DNA of 64,000 bases, taken from contig CAWHHI010000012.1 in NCBI GenBank assembly GCA_963829055.1, forward strand, positions 160,001-224,000. Reading direction: 5' to 3'. Position numbers and translations under genes: made by a program. This document shows, piece by piece, positions 10,903 to 20,586 of this stretch (within the stretch, counting starts at the first letter, position 1; each line of letters begins with the position of its first letter). The DNA is from an uncultured Gemmatimonadaceae bacterium. Lineage in GTDB: Bacteria; Gemmatimonadota; Gemmatimonadetes; Gemmatimonadales; Gemmatimonadaceae. The notes under the pieces were generated by a model. The model did not search any database. It saw nothing but the letters and a program-made list of their open reading frames with translations, and was not told where the DNA came from.

Positions 10903-10958
10903 GGAGGAGGCTACCCCACCGGCTCATAATTGTCAAGCACTTTTCAGTAAAAAGTGCT
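10903..10958 (-). promoter_or_regulatory. Sigma70-type promoter with an overlapping palindromic operator
   Basis: Minus strand TTGACA (10936-10931), 17 nt, TAGCCT (10913-10908), 5 nt, ATG; inverted repeat AGCACTTTT-N5-AAAAGTGCT at 10936-10958. Confidence 0.75.
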
Positions 10959-11581
10959 CAGGACGGGGCTACTGGTCCCGGTGGTGGATCACTCGCGGGA
11001 AAAGTCTGCTCCACGACCGTGTCGACCCGCCGCTCCTCGATCGCATCCTCGAAGATATCCAGCACCTTCGCGCAGAACTTCGGGAGGTCATCCGGATTTC
11101 GGCTCGTCACCAGCCGCTGGTCCACCTCTACTGGGCGGTCGACCCACTCCCCGCCCGCATTCCGGATATCGGTCTTGAGGCTCGGCCACGACGTCAGCGA
11201 ACGACCGCGAACGGCATCGGCTTCCACCAGCATCCACGGGCCATGGCAGATAGCCGCGATGGGCTTGTCGGCGTCCACGAAGGCGCGGACGAACGCGACG
11301 GCACCGGTGTGCGTGCGCAGCGTGTCCGGGTTCGCGACCCCTCCCGGCAGCACGAGACCGTCGTACTCGCGTGCGCGGACATCTGTGATGACGCGATCGA
11401 CCGCGAAGCGGCCCGCAGGCTTGCCGTCCTGTGTCGCCTGAATTTCACCGGCCTGTAGCGACACGAGGTGAAGCTCTGCGCCCGCACGCGAGAGAGCATC
11501 CCAGGGCTCGGCCAGCTCTCGCTGCTCGACGCCATCGGTGGCCAGAAATGCGATCTTGCGTCCGCCAATTCCAGAGGGCAT
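10958..11581 (-). CDS. DJ-1/PfpI family protein
   Basis: IAFLATDGVEQRE, LVLPGGVANPDTLR, AAICHGPW, LVTSRNPDDLPKF. Confidence 0.93.
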   Translation of the reverse strand: MPSGIGGRKIAFLATDGVEQRELAEPWDALSRAGAELHLVSLQAGEIQATQDGKPAGRFAVDRVITDVRAREYDGLVLPGGVANPDTLRTHTGAVAFVRAFVDADKPIAAICHGPWMLVEADAVRGRSLTSWPSLKTDIRNAGGEWVDRPVEVDQRLVTSRNPDDLPKFCAKVLDIFEDAIEERRVDTVVEQTFPASDPPPGPVAPS

Positions 11582-11718
11582 TGCGTTGTGGAGATCTGGT
11601 TGGGGTCCCTAACGATGGGCTGGACCGCCGATTCCGGCGTCCCGTGGGCACAGAACGCACTCACGATTCGTGCCGCCTCCGACTGGTCCGCGGAAGTCCG
11701 GCCCGCCATTTTCCGCAC

Positions 11719-12798
11719 GTGTCGATCGTACCCATCTATGGCCACGACGCGCTTCGATCGCGACTGGCCTCAGCCATCGTTCGCGGAACGCTGCCGTCCA
11801 GCCTTCTCCTCCACGGGAAGCGCGGGGTCGGCAAGCAGCGGCTAGCGCTGTGGCTCGCGCAGGCGCTCGTCTGCGCCAGCCCGCAGCCCGACGGCAGCCC
11901 CTGCGGCCGCTGCCAGGCGTGCCGGTTTGCGAGCGCACTCGGTCACCCCGACATCCACTGGTTCTTCCCGCGCCCACGGCTCGAGACCGACGCCGGCCCG
12001 GCGGACGTCATGGCCGACTTCTCCGACGCGATCGCCGAGCGAGTGAAATCGTCGGGACTGTATGCGGGATCGTCGGGAAACGATGGCGTGTATGTGGCGA
12101 CGGTACGCACGCTCGTGCAGGCCGCGAGCGTCTCGCCGGCGATGGGCAAGCGCAAGGTCTTCATCGTCGGCGATGCGGAGCGTATGGTCCCGCAAGAGGG
12201 ATCGGAGCAGGCTGCAAACGCGCTGCTGAAGATGCTCGAAGAGCCGCCCGCGAACACGTTCGTCATTCTCACGTCGAGCGAGCCCGGCGCGCTCCTACCG
12301 ACCATTCGCTCTCGCGTGGTCAACATCCGCGTCGCGCCGCTCACGACGCGGGACATGGAATCATTCCTCGCCGACCCGACCGTCGCTGATGCACTGCGAC
12401 GATCACACGCGAAGATGGCGACCGCTGATTACGCCCGCGTTGCCGAAGGCGCACCGGGTCGACTCTTCGAAAGCGACGAGCGCGACGCCGCGATCTCTGG
12501 GGCGCAACGGTTGCTCGAGACAGCGCTGTCCGGTGATCGATCGAAGACCATACGCGCGGCAATGGCACAAGGCAGCTCGAAAGCGCGCGGCGCATTCTCC
12601 GATACACTCGACGAGCTCACGGCACTTCTCGCCGAGCGAGCACGCGCCGCTGTCGCGCGCGGCGATGAGCGAGCCGCTGTCGGCGCGAGTCGCGCCATCG
12701 CAAATGTGGAGCACGCGAAGACGCTCGCAACGGGCAACGTCAGTCCCGCGCTCATCACGGCAACGCTTCTCCGCGACATCGGAGCGCATCTCTCATGA
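11719..12798 (+). CDS. holB: DNA polymerase III delta-prime subunit
   Basis: [11 protein letters not shown], Cys cluster C...[34 protein letters not shown] start inferred. Confidence 0.85.
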   Translation: MSIVPIYGHDALRSRLASAIVRGTLPSSLLLHGKRGVGKQRLALWLAQALVCASPQPDGSPCGRCQACRFASALGHPDIHWFFPRPRLETDAGPADVMADFSDAIAERVKSSGLYAGSSGNDGVYVATVRTLVQAASVSPAMGKRKVFIVGDAERMVPQEGSEQAANALLKMLEEPPANTFVILTSSEPGALLPTIRSRVVNIRVAPLTTRDMESFLADPTVADALRRSHAKMATADYARVAEGAPGRLFESDERDAAISGAQRLLETALSGDRSKTIRAAMAQGSSKARGAFSDTLDELTALLAERARAAVARGDERAAVGASRAIANVEHAKTLATGNVSPALITATLLRDIGAHLS

Positions 12799-13271
12799 GC
12801 GATCTCTCGCACGTCGATGAGCAGGGACGCGCACGCATGGTGGACGTCTCTGAAAAAACAGTGACGGTTCGGATGGCGCGTGCGACCGGCTCCATCCGAA
12901 TGGAGCGCGCCACGCTCGATCTCATCCGCGCCAACAGCATCGCGAAGGGCGATGTGTTAGGCATCGCGCGCGTCGCAGGCATCATGGCGGCGAAGCGAAC
13001 GTCCGAGCTCATTCCACTCTGCCATCCGCTTCCTCTCACCGACGTCAGCGTCGACATCGCATTCGACGAAACGCTCCCCGGACTGCGCGTCGAAGCAGCG
13101 GCAAGAACTGCCGCGCAAACAGGCGTCGAAATGGAAGCAATCGTCGCCGTGTCAGTGAGCCTGGTCACCGTCTATGACATGGCAAAAGCGGTAGATAAGA
13201 GCATGGTGATCGGGGAGATTTCCCTGGCCGAGAAGCTCGGCGGCAGGTCCGGTCACTGGCAGCGAACATGA
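12795..13271 (+). CDS. moaC: Cyclic pyranopterin monophosphate synthase
   Basis: [39 protein letters not shown]. Confidence 0.97.
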   Translation: MSDLSHVDEQGRARMVDVSEKTVTVRMARATGSIRMERATLDLIRANSIAKGDVLGIARVAGIMAAKRTSELIPLCHPLPLTDVSVDIAFDETLPGLRVEAAARTAAQTGVEMEAIVAVSVSLVTVYDMAKAVDKSMVIGEISLAEKLGGRSGHWQRT

Positions 13272-13363
13272 ACGCGTAGTCGCTGCGGGACATGCATTGC
13301 CCGCATCGCGGGAGCGGGCGGCGGCGGTACCCTTCGTACCGCCGTAACCAGTGTAACCAGGAC

Positions 13364-14057
13364 ATGCGAAACCTTCGAGGGACGTACGTCCACCGCGGAG
13401 ATCGCGACCGTCGGCGCCGTAGGATGCGTGCAGGCCTGCTTCTCACGGGCTTTGCGGCATCGGTCGGCTTCGTCGTACGCGACAGCGGTCCGGCCGAAGC
13501 GAAGGCGGAAGCACCGCGCTTCCCCCTCGTCATCGGCAGCGAGGCGGTGCGGCTCCGGACCGAGATCGAAGCGGCGCGCAGCGAGCTGGATCTCGCGAAC
13601 GCGCAGCTCGACCGGTGGCACAAGATCTTCGGGTATTCGAGCCAAGTATCGAGTGGGAGCGGACCTCGCGACGTCGATCTACGACATCGCGTTGGCTGAG
13701 GGCATCGAGCCGGAGTTGGCCTTCCGTCTGGTGCGCGTCGAGAGCGAGTTCAACGAACGTGCGACCAGTCCGGTCGGCGCGGTCGGTCTCACGCAGCTCA
13801 TGGTTCCCACCGCGCGCTTCTTTCAGAAGGGCATCACGCGCGACGCACTGTACGATCGTGACACGAACCTGCGCATCGGCTTCCGCTATCTGCGGACGCT
13901 CGTGCGGGAGTACAAGGGCAACGTGCAATTGGCGCTGCTCGTCTACAACCGTGGTCCGCAGGCGGTTCAGAATTCGCGCGACCAGGGGCTCGATCCTTCC
14001 AACGGGTACGAGCGAGTCGTGATGAAGGGCTACAAGGGACGGGGCGTGATCGACTGA
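13364..14057 (+). CDS. SLT-domain lytic transglycosylase (frameshift near 13640)
   Basis: VRVESEFNERATSPVGAVGLTQLM, NLRIGFRYL, ALLVYNRGP; N-terminal membrane anchor in the upstream frame. Confidence 0.85.
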
Positions 14058-14098
14058 GCCTCGCGTATCGTTAGGTGGTCGTTAGGTATGACAGAACG

Positions 14099-14135
14099 GC
14101 GAAGGGCCTCGGGATGCAATCCCGAGGCCCTTCGC
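14099..14135. terminator. 17-bp stem hairpin between convergent transglycosylase genes
   Basis: GCGAAGGGCCTCGGGAT-GCA-ATCCCGAGGCCCTTCGC. Confidence 0.75.
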
Positions 14136-14165
14136 GCCATCACGTTACCTAACGACGACCGACTG

Positions 14166-15734
14166 CTACTTCTTGGCGACCGTCTTGGTGGTGGGACTGG
14201 ATGACTTGGTCGAGGAGGTCCGCCCCTTGGTCGACGACTTGGCCGACGCCTCCTTGCTCGGGGTGCTGCGACGAGCCGCCGGTCGCACGGCGAGCTGCTG
14301 GCCGGGGTGGATGACCGCCTTCTTCATTCCGTTCAATCGCATGATCGCGCTCACGCTGGTGCCGTATTTCTCCGCAATGCCCCCGAGCGTTTCCCCGCGC
14401 CGGACGACATGCGTACGCGAGCCCGATCGCGAGCGGCTGCCGTAGATCTCGATCGCCGGGTCCGGGATGTCGAGCGCCGCGGTTACTACAGCGCGCGACG
14501 GCACGAGCAGCATCTCGCCAGGGCGCAGGCGCCCGCTCTTGAGCGCACTGACCTTCGGGTTGTACCACTTGAGCTGTCGAGCGGTGATCGACTTGCTCGC
14601 GGCGACGGAGGCGAACGTCTGCCCCTTCTTCGTTTCGACGCGGCTGTAGGCCGTGCGCTCCTCGGGATCGAGCGCGGCGAACACGCTGTCGAACCCCGCG
14701 GCGTGGCCGAGCGGCACGCGGGCCAGGAAGCGCGTCCCGGGTGGCGTCACCCCGCGCAGAATCTGCGGGTTCAGTTCGCGAATGGAGTCCAGCGGCGCCC
14801 CGCTCGCCTTCGCGATCGCGGCGAGCGGCGTTGATGCTGGCACTGAGACCGAATCGTACGCGAACGGCGTGAGCGTTCGGATCTTCATGTTGTATTTCGC
14901 CGGCTCTTTCGCGACCAGTGCAGCCGCGATCAGTTGCGGCACGTAGTTCTTCGTTTCGCCACGCAGGTAGTCGTGCTCGGCCAGCGCGAAGAACGCATCG
15001 TCACCAGTCGAGCCGTCCTGATCGTCGCCTAACCGCGACAATCCGCGAGAGACGCGACCAGACCCGCCGTTGTAGGCCGCCGCCGCGAGATACAACGAAC
15101 CGAACTCTTCGCGAAGCCATCCGAGAAACTTCACGGCGGCGTCCGTCGACCTGATGGGGTCACGGCGCTCGTCGACCCACCAGTCCACGCGGAGGCCGGT
15201 GCCGCGGGCCGTCCCGGTCATGAACTGCCACATGCCGACGGCGGCCGCTTTCGAGTACGCGTGCTGGTCGAATCCACTCTCGACCAGCGCCAGGTAGTAC
15301 ATGTCCTCGGGAATATTTGCGGCCCGGAACTTTTTGCGGATCATCGGCTCGTAGCGCGAGCCCCTCTCGAGCCGCGTTATGAACCGCTCGCGCGCAGATC
15401 CGGTGAATGCGTTGACGTAGAACTCGACGCGTCGGTGCGTCTCGTAGGACCGCACGTCGATATCCCAGGTCGCGCCCTCGGGAACCGTCGAGTCGGCGGG
15501 CGTGACTACGGAGTCGCCGAAGACCGCGACCGCTTGCCGTGTGAGCACGGAATCAGGAATCGCGATGACGACGGGTGCGATGGCATCCGGCATCCGCGCG
15601 GTGTCTCGAGCGGCAGCCGCGACCCCACTGGTTGTCTTGGCCGCGGCAGGCGCGGGGCGCGAGGCTGGCTTCGCCCGTCCTCCGCACGCAGTGAGACCGA
15701 GCACGAGAGCGAGCGTGAGTACTGCAGCCTTCAT
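14166..15734 (-). CDS. MltD-like lytic transglycosylase lipoprotein with LysM domains
   Basis: Lipobox LTAC; YLALVESGF, GMWQFM, VDERRDP, AAYNGG, ETKNYVP; LysM HVVRRGETLGGIAEKYG. Confidence 0.9.
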   Translation of the reverse strand: MKAAVLTLALVLGLTACGGRAKPASRPAPAAAKTTSGVAAAARDTARMPDAIAPVVIAIPDSVLTRQAVAVFGDSVVTPADSTVPEGATWDIDVRSYETHRRVEFYVNAFTGSARERFITRLERGSRYEPMIRKKFRAANIPEDMYYLALVESGFDQHAYSKAAAVGMWQFMTGTARGTGLRVDWWVDERRDPIRSTDAAVKFLGWLREEFGSLYLAAAAYNGGSGRVSRGLSRLGDDQDGSTGDDAFFALAEHDYLRGETKNYVPQLIAAALVAKEPAKYNMKIRTLTPFAYDSVSVPASTPLAAIAKASGAPLDSIRELNPQILRGVTPPGTRFLARVPLGHAAGFDSVFAALDPEERTAYSRVETKKGQTFASVAASKSITARQLKWYNPKVSALKSGRLRPGEMLLVPSRAVVTAALDIPDPAIEIYGSRSRSGSRTHVVRRGETLGGIAEKYGTSVSAIMRLNGMKKAVIHPGQQLAVRPAARRSTPSKEASAKSSTKGRTSSTKSSSPTTKTVAKK

Positions 15735-15968
15735 GTGATCCTCTCGTGTTCTCGTTGCACGCGGACTCGAACGACTCGGACGTACGACCTCGCGCAGGCT
15801 CACGAGGCGGGCGTAGAAGCCGCTGGTTGCCATCCCACACCACACCACCTGTCGGAGTTCCCGTCAGGCGGTCTGAGGAGCCGGCGCCCCTGAACTTACA
15901 CGTCGCCCTGCGCACGGGAACCACTCGCCCTGATCTTCACCAACGCCGCCCTGCGTGTAGACGGGGAG

Positions 15969-16436
15969 TCAGCGTGTCGCGATGAAGTTGCCGAGCACGC
16001 GGTTCGTCGCGTGCAGCACCGCGACGACAGCGCTTCGCAACGGGTCATCCTCGGCGAGATGACAGCCGAGCAGCCGCTGCTGCGGCCCACCGCCGTGCGT
16101 CGCGAGAACGGAGACGATGACGATGTTCGCGTCGAACGCACGCATCGTCTTCACCCCCACGAGCTCGAAGCGCAGAGTACCGCTGGAGAACTGTTCGATC
16201 GCGCGCAGCGACGCATCCGCGGCGACGCGCAGATCTCCGAGCGTGCTCGTGACGCCCTCCGCCTTGCCCGTGACGCGTTCGCCTTCCATCCACTCCAGCT
16301 CCACTTCGGAGCGACACGTGCCGGAGGGTGCGCGATGAAAAACAAAGTTCGTGAAGCGGAGTCGCTCGCGCTTCAGCTGCGCCTGACTGATCACCGAACC
16401 GCTGGGGTGCTCGCTCGACGACGAGGGAGGAAGCAT
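15969..16436 (-). CDS. Hypothetical protein
   Basis: 155-aa ORF with natural-looking composition; no family recognised. Confidence 0.7.
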   Translation of the reverse strand: MLPPSSSSEHPSGSVISQAQLKRERLRFTNFVFHRAPSGTCRSEVELEWMEGERVTGKAEGVTSTLGDLRVAADASLRAIEQFSSGTLRFELVGVKTMRAFDANIVIVSVLATHGGGPQQRLLGCHLAEDDPLRSAVVAVLHATNRVLGNFIATR

Positions 16437-16572
16437 GCAGTTTGGGTGGCCAAGTGAGGAGTTTCGGACGGCATGGGCTGCTGCTTCAGGAACACGACTG
16501 AGGGAGCCTCAGGCAACGCCGAAACGGACTCTTCGATTGCACGAATCGTCAACGCGTCTATATTCGCGGATC

Positions 16573-17487
16573 ATGCGACTCGGATCACATAACGCGCGCA
16601 TTTTCTGCGGCGTCCTCCTCGTGTGCATCGTCACGCGTTCGGTATTCGCTCAGGCCGGCGACTCGTTGCGCGCACAGCTCGCGGAACGCATTGCGGCGAC
16701 ACCCGGTGCGGTTGTCGGCGTGTACTACAAGTCACTCGCGTCAGGCGAGCTGGTCACGATCGATCCGGATTCGTCGTTCCACGCGGCGAGCACGATGAAA
16801 GTTCCGGTGATGATCGAGTTCTTCCGACAGGTGGAACGCGGCGGCCTCGCGGCGACGCAACCAGTGCTGCTCGTGAATCAGTTCGCGTCCATCGTCGACG
16901 GCTCACCGTTTTCGGTGGCGCCGATCGATGACTCCGACAGCACGATGTACCTGCGCATCGGGGATCGCGTATCCGCACGCGAGCTCGTGGAACGGATGAT
17001 CGTTCGCTCGAGCAACCTCGCGACGAACGCGGTCATCGCGCTCATCGGCGCCTCGCACGCGGACTCCACCGCGCACGCACTCGGCGCGCGGAACATTCGC
17101 GTGCTGCGTGGCGTGGAGGACGGCAAGGCGTTTCAGAAAGGCATGAACAACACGACGACGCCTCGCGACCTCGGCGTCTTGCTGGAGGCCATCGAGCGGC
17201 GTACTGCGGCGTCGAAGATCGCGTGTGATACGATGCTCGCGATTCTCAGTCGTCAGGAATTCAACGACGAGATTCCGGCCGGTCTCCCGCCGGGCACACG
17301 CGTCGCGCACAAGACGGGAAGCATCACCGCGGTGCTGCACGACGCCGCGATCGTGTACCCGCAGGGCAAGACGCCGTACGTCCTGGTCGTGCTGACGCGA
17401 AACATTCCCGACGAACGCGCAGCGCGCGTCCTGATCGCGGACCTGTCACGGCTCGTCTACCAGCACGTCGGGCAGCCTGCTAGTTAG
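16573..17487 (+). CDS. Class A beta-lactamase-like serine hydrolase
   Basis: Signal peptide; SxxK (AASTMK), SSN, HKTG motifs. Confidence 0.88.
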   Translation: MRLGSHNARIFCGVLLVCIVTRSVFAQAGDSLRAQLAERIAATPGAVVGVYYKSLASGELVTIDPDSSFHAASTMKVPVMIEFFRQVERGGLAATQPVLLVNQFASIVDGSPFSVAPIDDSDSTMYLRIGDRVSARELVERMIVRSSNLATNAVIALIGASHADSTAHALGARNIRVLRGVEDGKAFQKGMNNTTTPRDLGVLLEAIERRTAASKIACDTMLAILSRQEFNDEIPAGLPPGTRVAHKTGSITAVLHDAAIVYPQGKTPYVLVVLTRNIPDERAARVLIADLSRLVYQHVGQPAS

Positions 17488-17498
17488 GCACCATCGAA

Positions 17499-20357
17499 CT
17501 AGTTAGGCACCACCGTGTGAGTTGGCGCGTTGAGCGGCAAGTCGACAGTGAACACGCTTCCCTCTCCGATCGTACTCCTCGCGCTCACGTTGCCGCCGAG
17601 TAGTCGGGCCAGTTGACGGGCCACGCTCAGTCCAAGTCCTGTGCCACCGGCGCGACGCGTCATTCGCTGGTCGACTTGCCAGAAGGCATCGAACACACGC
17701 TCGAGATGCTCGCCCGCGATGCCCGGCCCGGTATCCGATACCTCGAACTGCACACGGTCGTTACACACTCGCGCCGATAGACGCACGGCACCGGCCGCCG
17801 TGAACTTCACCGCGTTCGCCAGCAGGTTGATGATGATCTGGCGGACCTTCTGCGGGTCGCTGCGCATGAGGGCGCGTGAGTCGTGACCCGTCAGCGTGAA
17901 TTCGAGCGATTTCTTCTCCGCCAGCGGACGCACGATCGACGCCGCCTGTTCCAGTAACGCCGCCAGCCCGAAGTCCTCGACGCGCACGTGCTCGCGACCC
18001 GCCTCGATGCGCGCGAAGCTGAGGATGTCTTCGATGAGCATGAGCAGGTGTTCGCTGCTCGCTCGCACGCGGGAGAGATGATCGCGCTGTGTGTCGTTGA
18101 CCGGGCCGACGACTTCATCGGCCAACAGCTCTGTATAGCCAACGACCGCGGTGAGCGGCGTTCGCAGCTCGTGGCTCATGATCGCCAGGAAATCGCTCTT
18201 CGCCTGGTTCGCCGCTTCGGCCTCGGCCCGAGCACGTCGCTCGGCGTCATGCAGGCGCGCGTTGTCCACCGCCATCGCGACGCGCTGCGCCAACTCCTCG
18301 ATCAACGCGCGGTCCTTCTCGTCGAACCGCCGCCGGCCGCCGGTCGTGGACAGCGACATCACGCCGAGCGTGCGTCCGCGCGCGCGGAGCGCGACGAACA
18401 CACAGGATGTCGGATTGAGACGTCGCGCGAGTGCCAGTGAGTCGGCGGAGTCATCGACGACGAGCGGCAGAACGCCCGGGGTGATCTCGGGATAGAAGAG
18501 CGACACTCCGGTCGCCAGGACCGCTCGTGCTGGATGCCGCGATTCGGGGGTGATGGGATTTCGCTGCCGCATCTCACCCACGAGACGCGTGAGCTCGTTG
18601 GAGTCGAACACCGTGGCCACGCGCTCCAGTTGCGAGCCCTGCGCGACGAGGTCGATGACACAGCTGCTCGCGACCGCTGGGACAGCCAGCTCGGCGATGT
18701 TGGAGAGGGTCGTCTCATAGTCCAGCGAGGACGACAACAACGTGCTCGCTTCCGCCAGAAACCGAAGGCGCTCATCGTGACGCCGGCGCTCGTCGATATC
18801 GCGAAAGATGAGCGACAACCCATCGTCTGTCGGGTAGGCGCGATACTCGATCCAGCGCTGCATCGAGTTGCTGTAGGTCTCGCCGATCGCGTGATGCCGG
18901 CCTGCCATCGCGCTGCGCAACGCGCGCGCGAACTCCGTGCCCTCGTTCCCGGGGTGCACGTCCCAGAGCACGCGACCAATGAGATCCTCGGCCTGAAGGC
19001 CGAGGAGGTCAGCCGCGACGCGATTGATGTACCCGTAGCGCCACTGCCGGTCCAACGTCACGAAGCCATCGGCGATCGCCTCCAGCACGTTTGCCTGGCG
19101 CTGCTGTACCGCAGCGATGGCCTGCTTCGCTCGCATCTCCGACACGTACAACCGCGCCCGGTCGACTGCCTGCGCGCACTGGTGCGCGAGCGCCGCCAGC
19201 AGCGTGCGTTCGTACGGCCCGAACGTGGCGCCGGCTTCGAAGTCGAACGTCATGGCGCCAACGCACCGATCGTTCGCCATGAGCGGAATCGCTGCGGTGC
19301 ATTCGATGCCGTCGCGACTCATGATCAGGTCGGGATAGCGCGCGCGTCGGTCGATAGCGCTCGCGAGGATGATCGGCTCGCGTGCACCTAACGCATCCGT
19401 CACCGGTAATGCGGCGTGCATCGGCACGCGGCGCGCCTGCTCGAGCACCTCCGTCCCGTATCCAGCCGCACCAACGAGATCGAGCGCGGTTCCGGGATCG
19501 GCGATGACGTAGACGAGCGCCGAGCACGCGCCTAACGCTTCGAGCCCGTGACTGACGATGACCTCACCGACCTGCGAAGGCGTCCGGGCGGTGGACAGCG
19601 CCGCGGTGATCGACTGGAGACGCTCCAGCCGCAGCGCCGCCTGTTCCGCGACGACCCGCGCCGCGCGCTCATCGGCGTACAGGCGCGCGTTGTCGATCGC
19701 GATCGCCGCATACCGCGCGAGATCCTGCGCCAGCGTCAGGTCATCTCGCTCGTACCGCCGATGGGACTCCACCATGCCGAGAGAGATCGCGCCGAACGTA
19801 CGGCCGCGCGCGATGAGCGGCACGCAGATCCCGGATCGCAGCCCGATCCGGAGAAAGACCGCCTTCTCCTGTTCCGACAGACCGGCGCGGCGAATCAGGT
19901 CATCGGTTACGTTCGGGAAGAACGCCGGCAGCCCCGTGCGCAGCACCTGCGGTAGCCCGTTCGGCGATCCCCAGTCGCGTTCAACGTCCGCGCCAAGCTT
20001 TCTCGCCCAGGCGAGTTGCGCGCCGTCTCGGCCAGCAACCGCCACACGCCGTACGACTGGCGGCCATTCGCCGGCGGCCTGCGGGTGCACGACGTCGACC
20101 GCACACCAGTCAGCGAAGGTGGGCACCGCGGCGTCAGCCACCTGCTGGAGTATGCCTTCGTAATCCAGCGACTCGGACAGGAGTCGCCCGACTTCGGCGA
20201 GGAAGACGGCTCGCGCCCGCGAGCTCGGGGCCGCTTCGGTGGCGTGGTCTGGCGATACGCCGTTATCCGGCGACGTCAGCCCGCTGACAGCGGCACCGTC
20301 CCCGGGAACCGACGTTCTCGGCGATCGTTTCGGAGCGGCGGTGTGGTCGAAGTCCAC
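17499..20357 (-). CDS. Cytoplasmic sensor histidine kinase (GAF-GAF-PAS-GAF-HisKA-HATPase)
   Basis: Repeated GAF signatures (PLIARGRTFG, AIDNARLY); PAS (DGFVTLDRQWRY); H box MSHELRTPL; NAVKF, DTGPGI, GGTGLGL; start uncertain. Confidence 0.9.
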   Translation of the reverse strand: MDFDHTAAPKRSPRTSVPGDGAAVSGLTSPDNGVSPDHATEAAPSSRARAVFLAEVGRLLSESLDYEGILQQVADAAVPTFADWCAVDVVHPQAAGEWPPVVRRVAVAGRDGAQLAWARKLGADVERDWGSPNGLPQVLRTGLPAFFPNVTDDLIRRAGLSEQEKAVFLRIGLRSGICVPLIARGRTFGAISLGMVESHRRYERDDLTLAQDLARYAAIAIDNARLYADERAARVVAEQAALRLERLQSITAALSTARTPSQVGEVIVSHGLEALGACSALVYVIADPGTALDLVGAAGYGTEVLEQARRVPMHAALPVTDALGAREPIILASAIDRRARYPDLIMSRDGIECTAAIPLMANDRCVGAMTFDFEAGATFGPYERTLLAALAHQCAQAVDRARLYVSEMRAKQAIAAVQQRQANVLEAIADGFVTLDRQWRYGYINRVAADLLGLQAEDLIGRVLWDVHPGNEGTEFARALRSAMAGRHHAIGETYSNSMQRWIEYRAYPTDDGLSLIFRDIDERRRHDERLRFLAEASTLLSSSLDYETTLSNIAELAVPAVASSCVIDLVAQGSQLERVATVFDSNELTRLVGEMRQRNPITPESRHPARAVLATGVSLFYPEITPGVLPLVVDDSADSLALARRLNPTSCVFVALRARGRTLGVMSLSTTGGRRRFDEKDRALIEELAQRVAMAVDNARLHDAERRARAEAEAANQAKSDFLAIMSHELRTPLTAVVGYTELLADEVVGPVNDTQRDHLSRVRASSEHLLMLIEDILSFARIEAGREHVRVEDFGLAALLEQAASIVRPLAEKKSLEFTLTGHDSRALMRSDPQKVRQIIINLLANAVKFTAAGAVRLSARVCNDRVQFEVSDTGPGIAGEHLERVFDAFWQVDQRMTRRAGGTGLGLSVARQLARLLGGNVSARSTIGEGSVFTVDLPLNAPTHTVVPN

Positions 20358-20586
20358 GGAGGCGCAACAGTTTGAAGCCGATTGTCGATGCGCGGGCGGT
20401 GTAAGATTCGCCGAGTCGCGCTGCCCGCAAGTGCCGACGCCGTGTTGGTACTGTCGGAGGCGAGCGACAGATCGGCGATTGGTGACCCGAGGCGCGCATT
20501 CCCAATCCTCGACGACGGAAGACCAATCGGAACGGTCACCGGCGAGCCCAGCCATTGTTTCGATTCTAGACCGCGAGCCGCGACGC

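Noticed and set aside
16573..17487. Beta-lactamase-like gene as an acquired resistance determinant
   Set aside because: No mobile context and host-like composition; the motifs support only a serine hydrolase of the class A fold.
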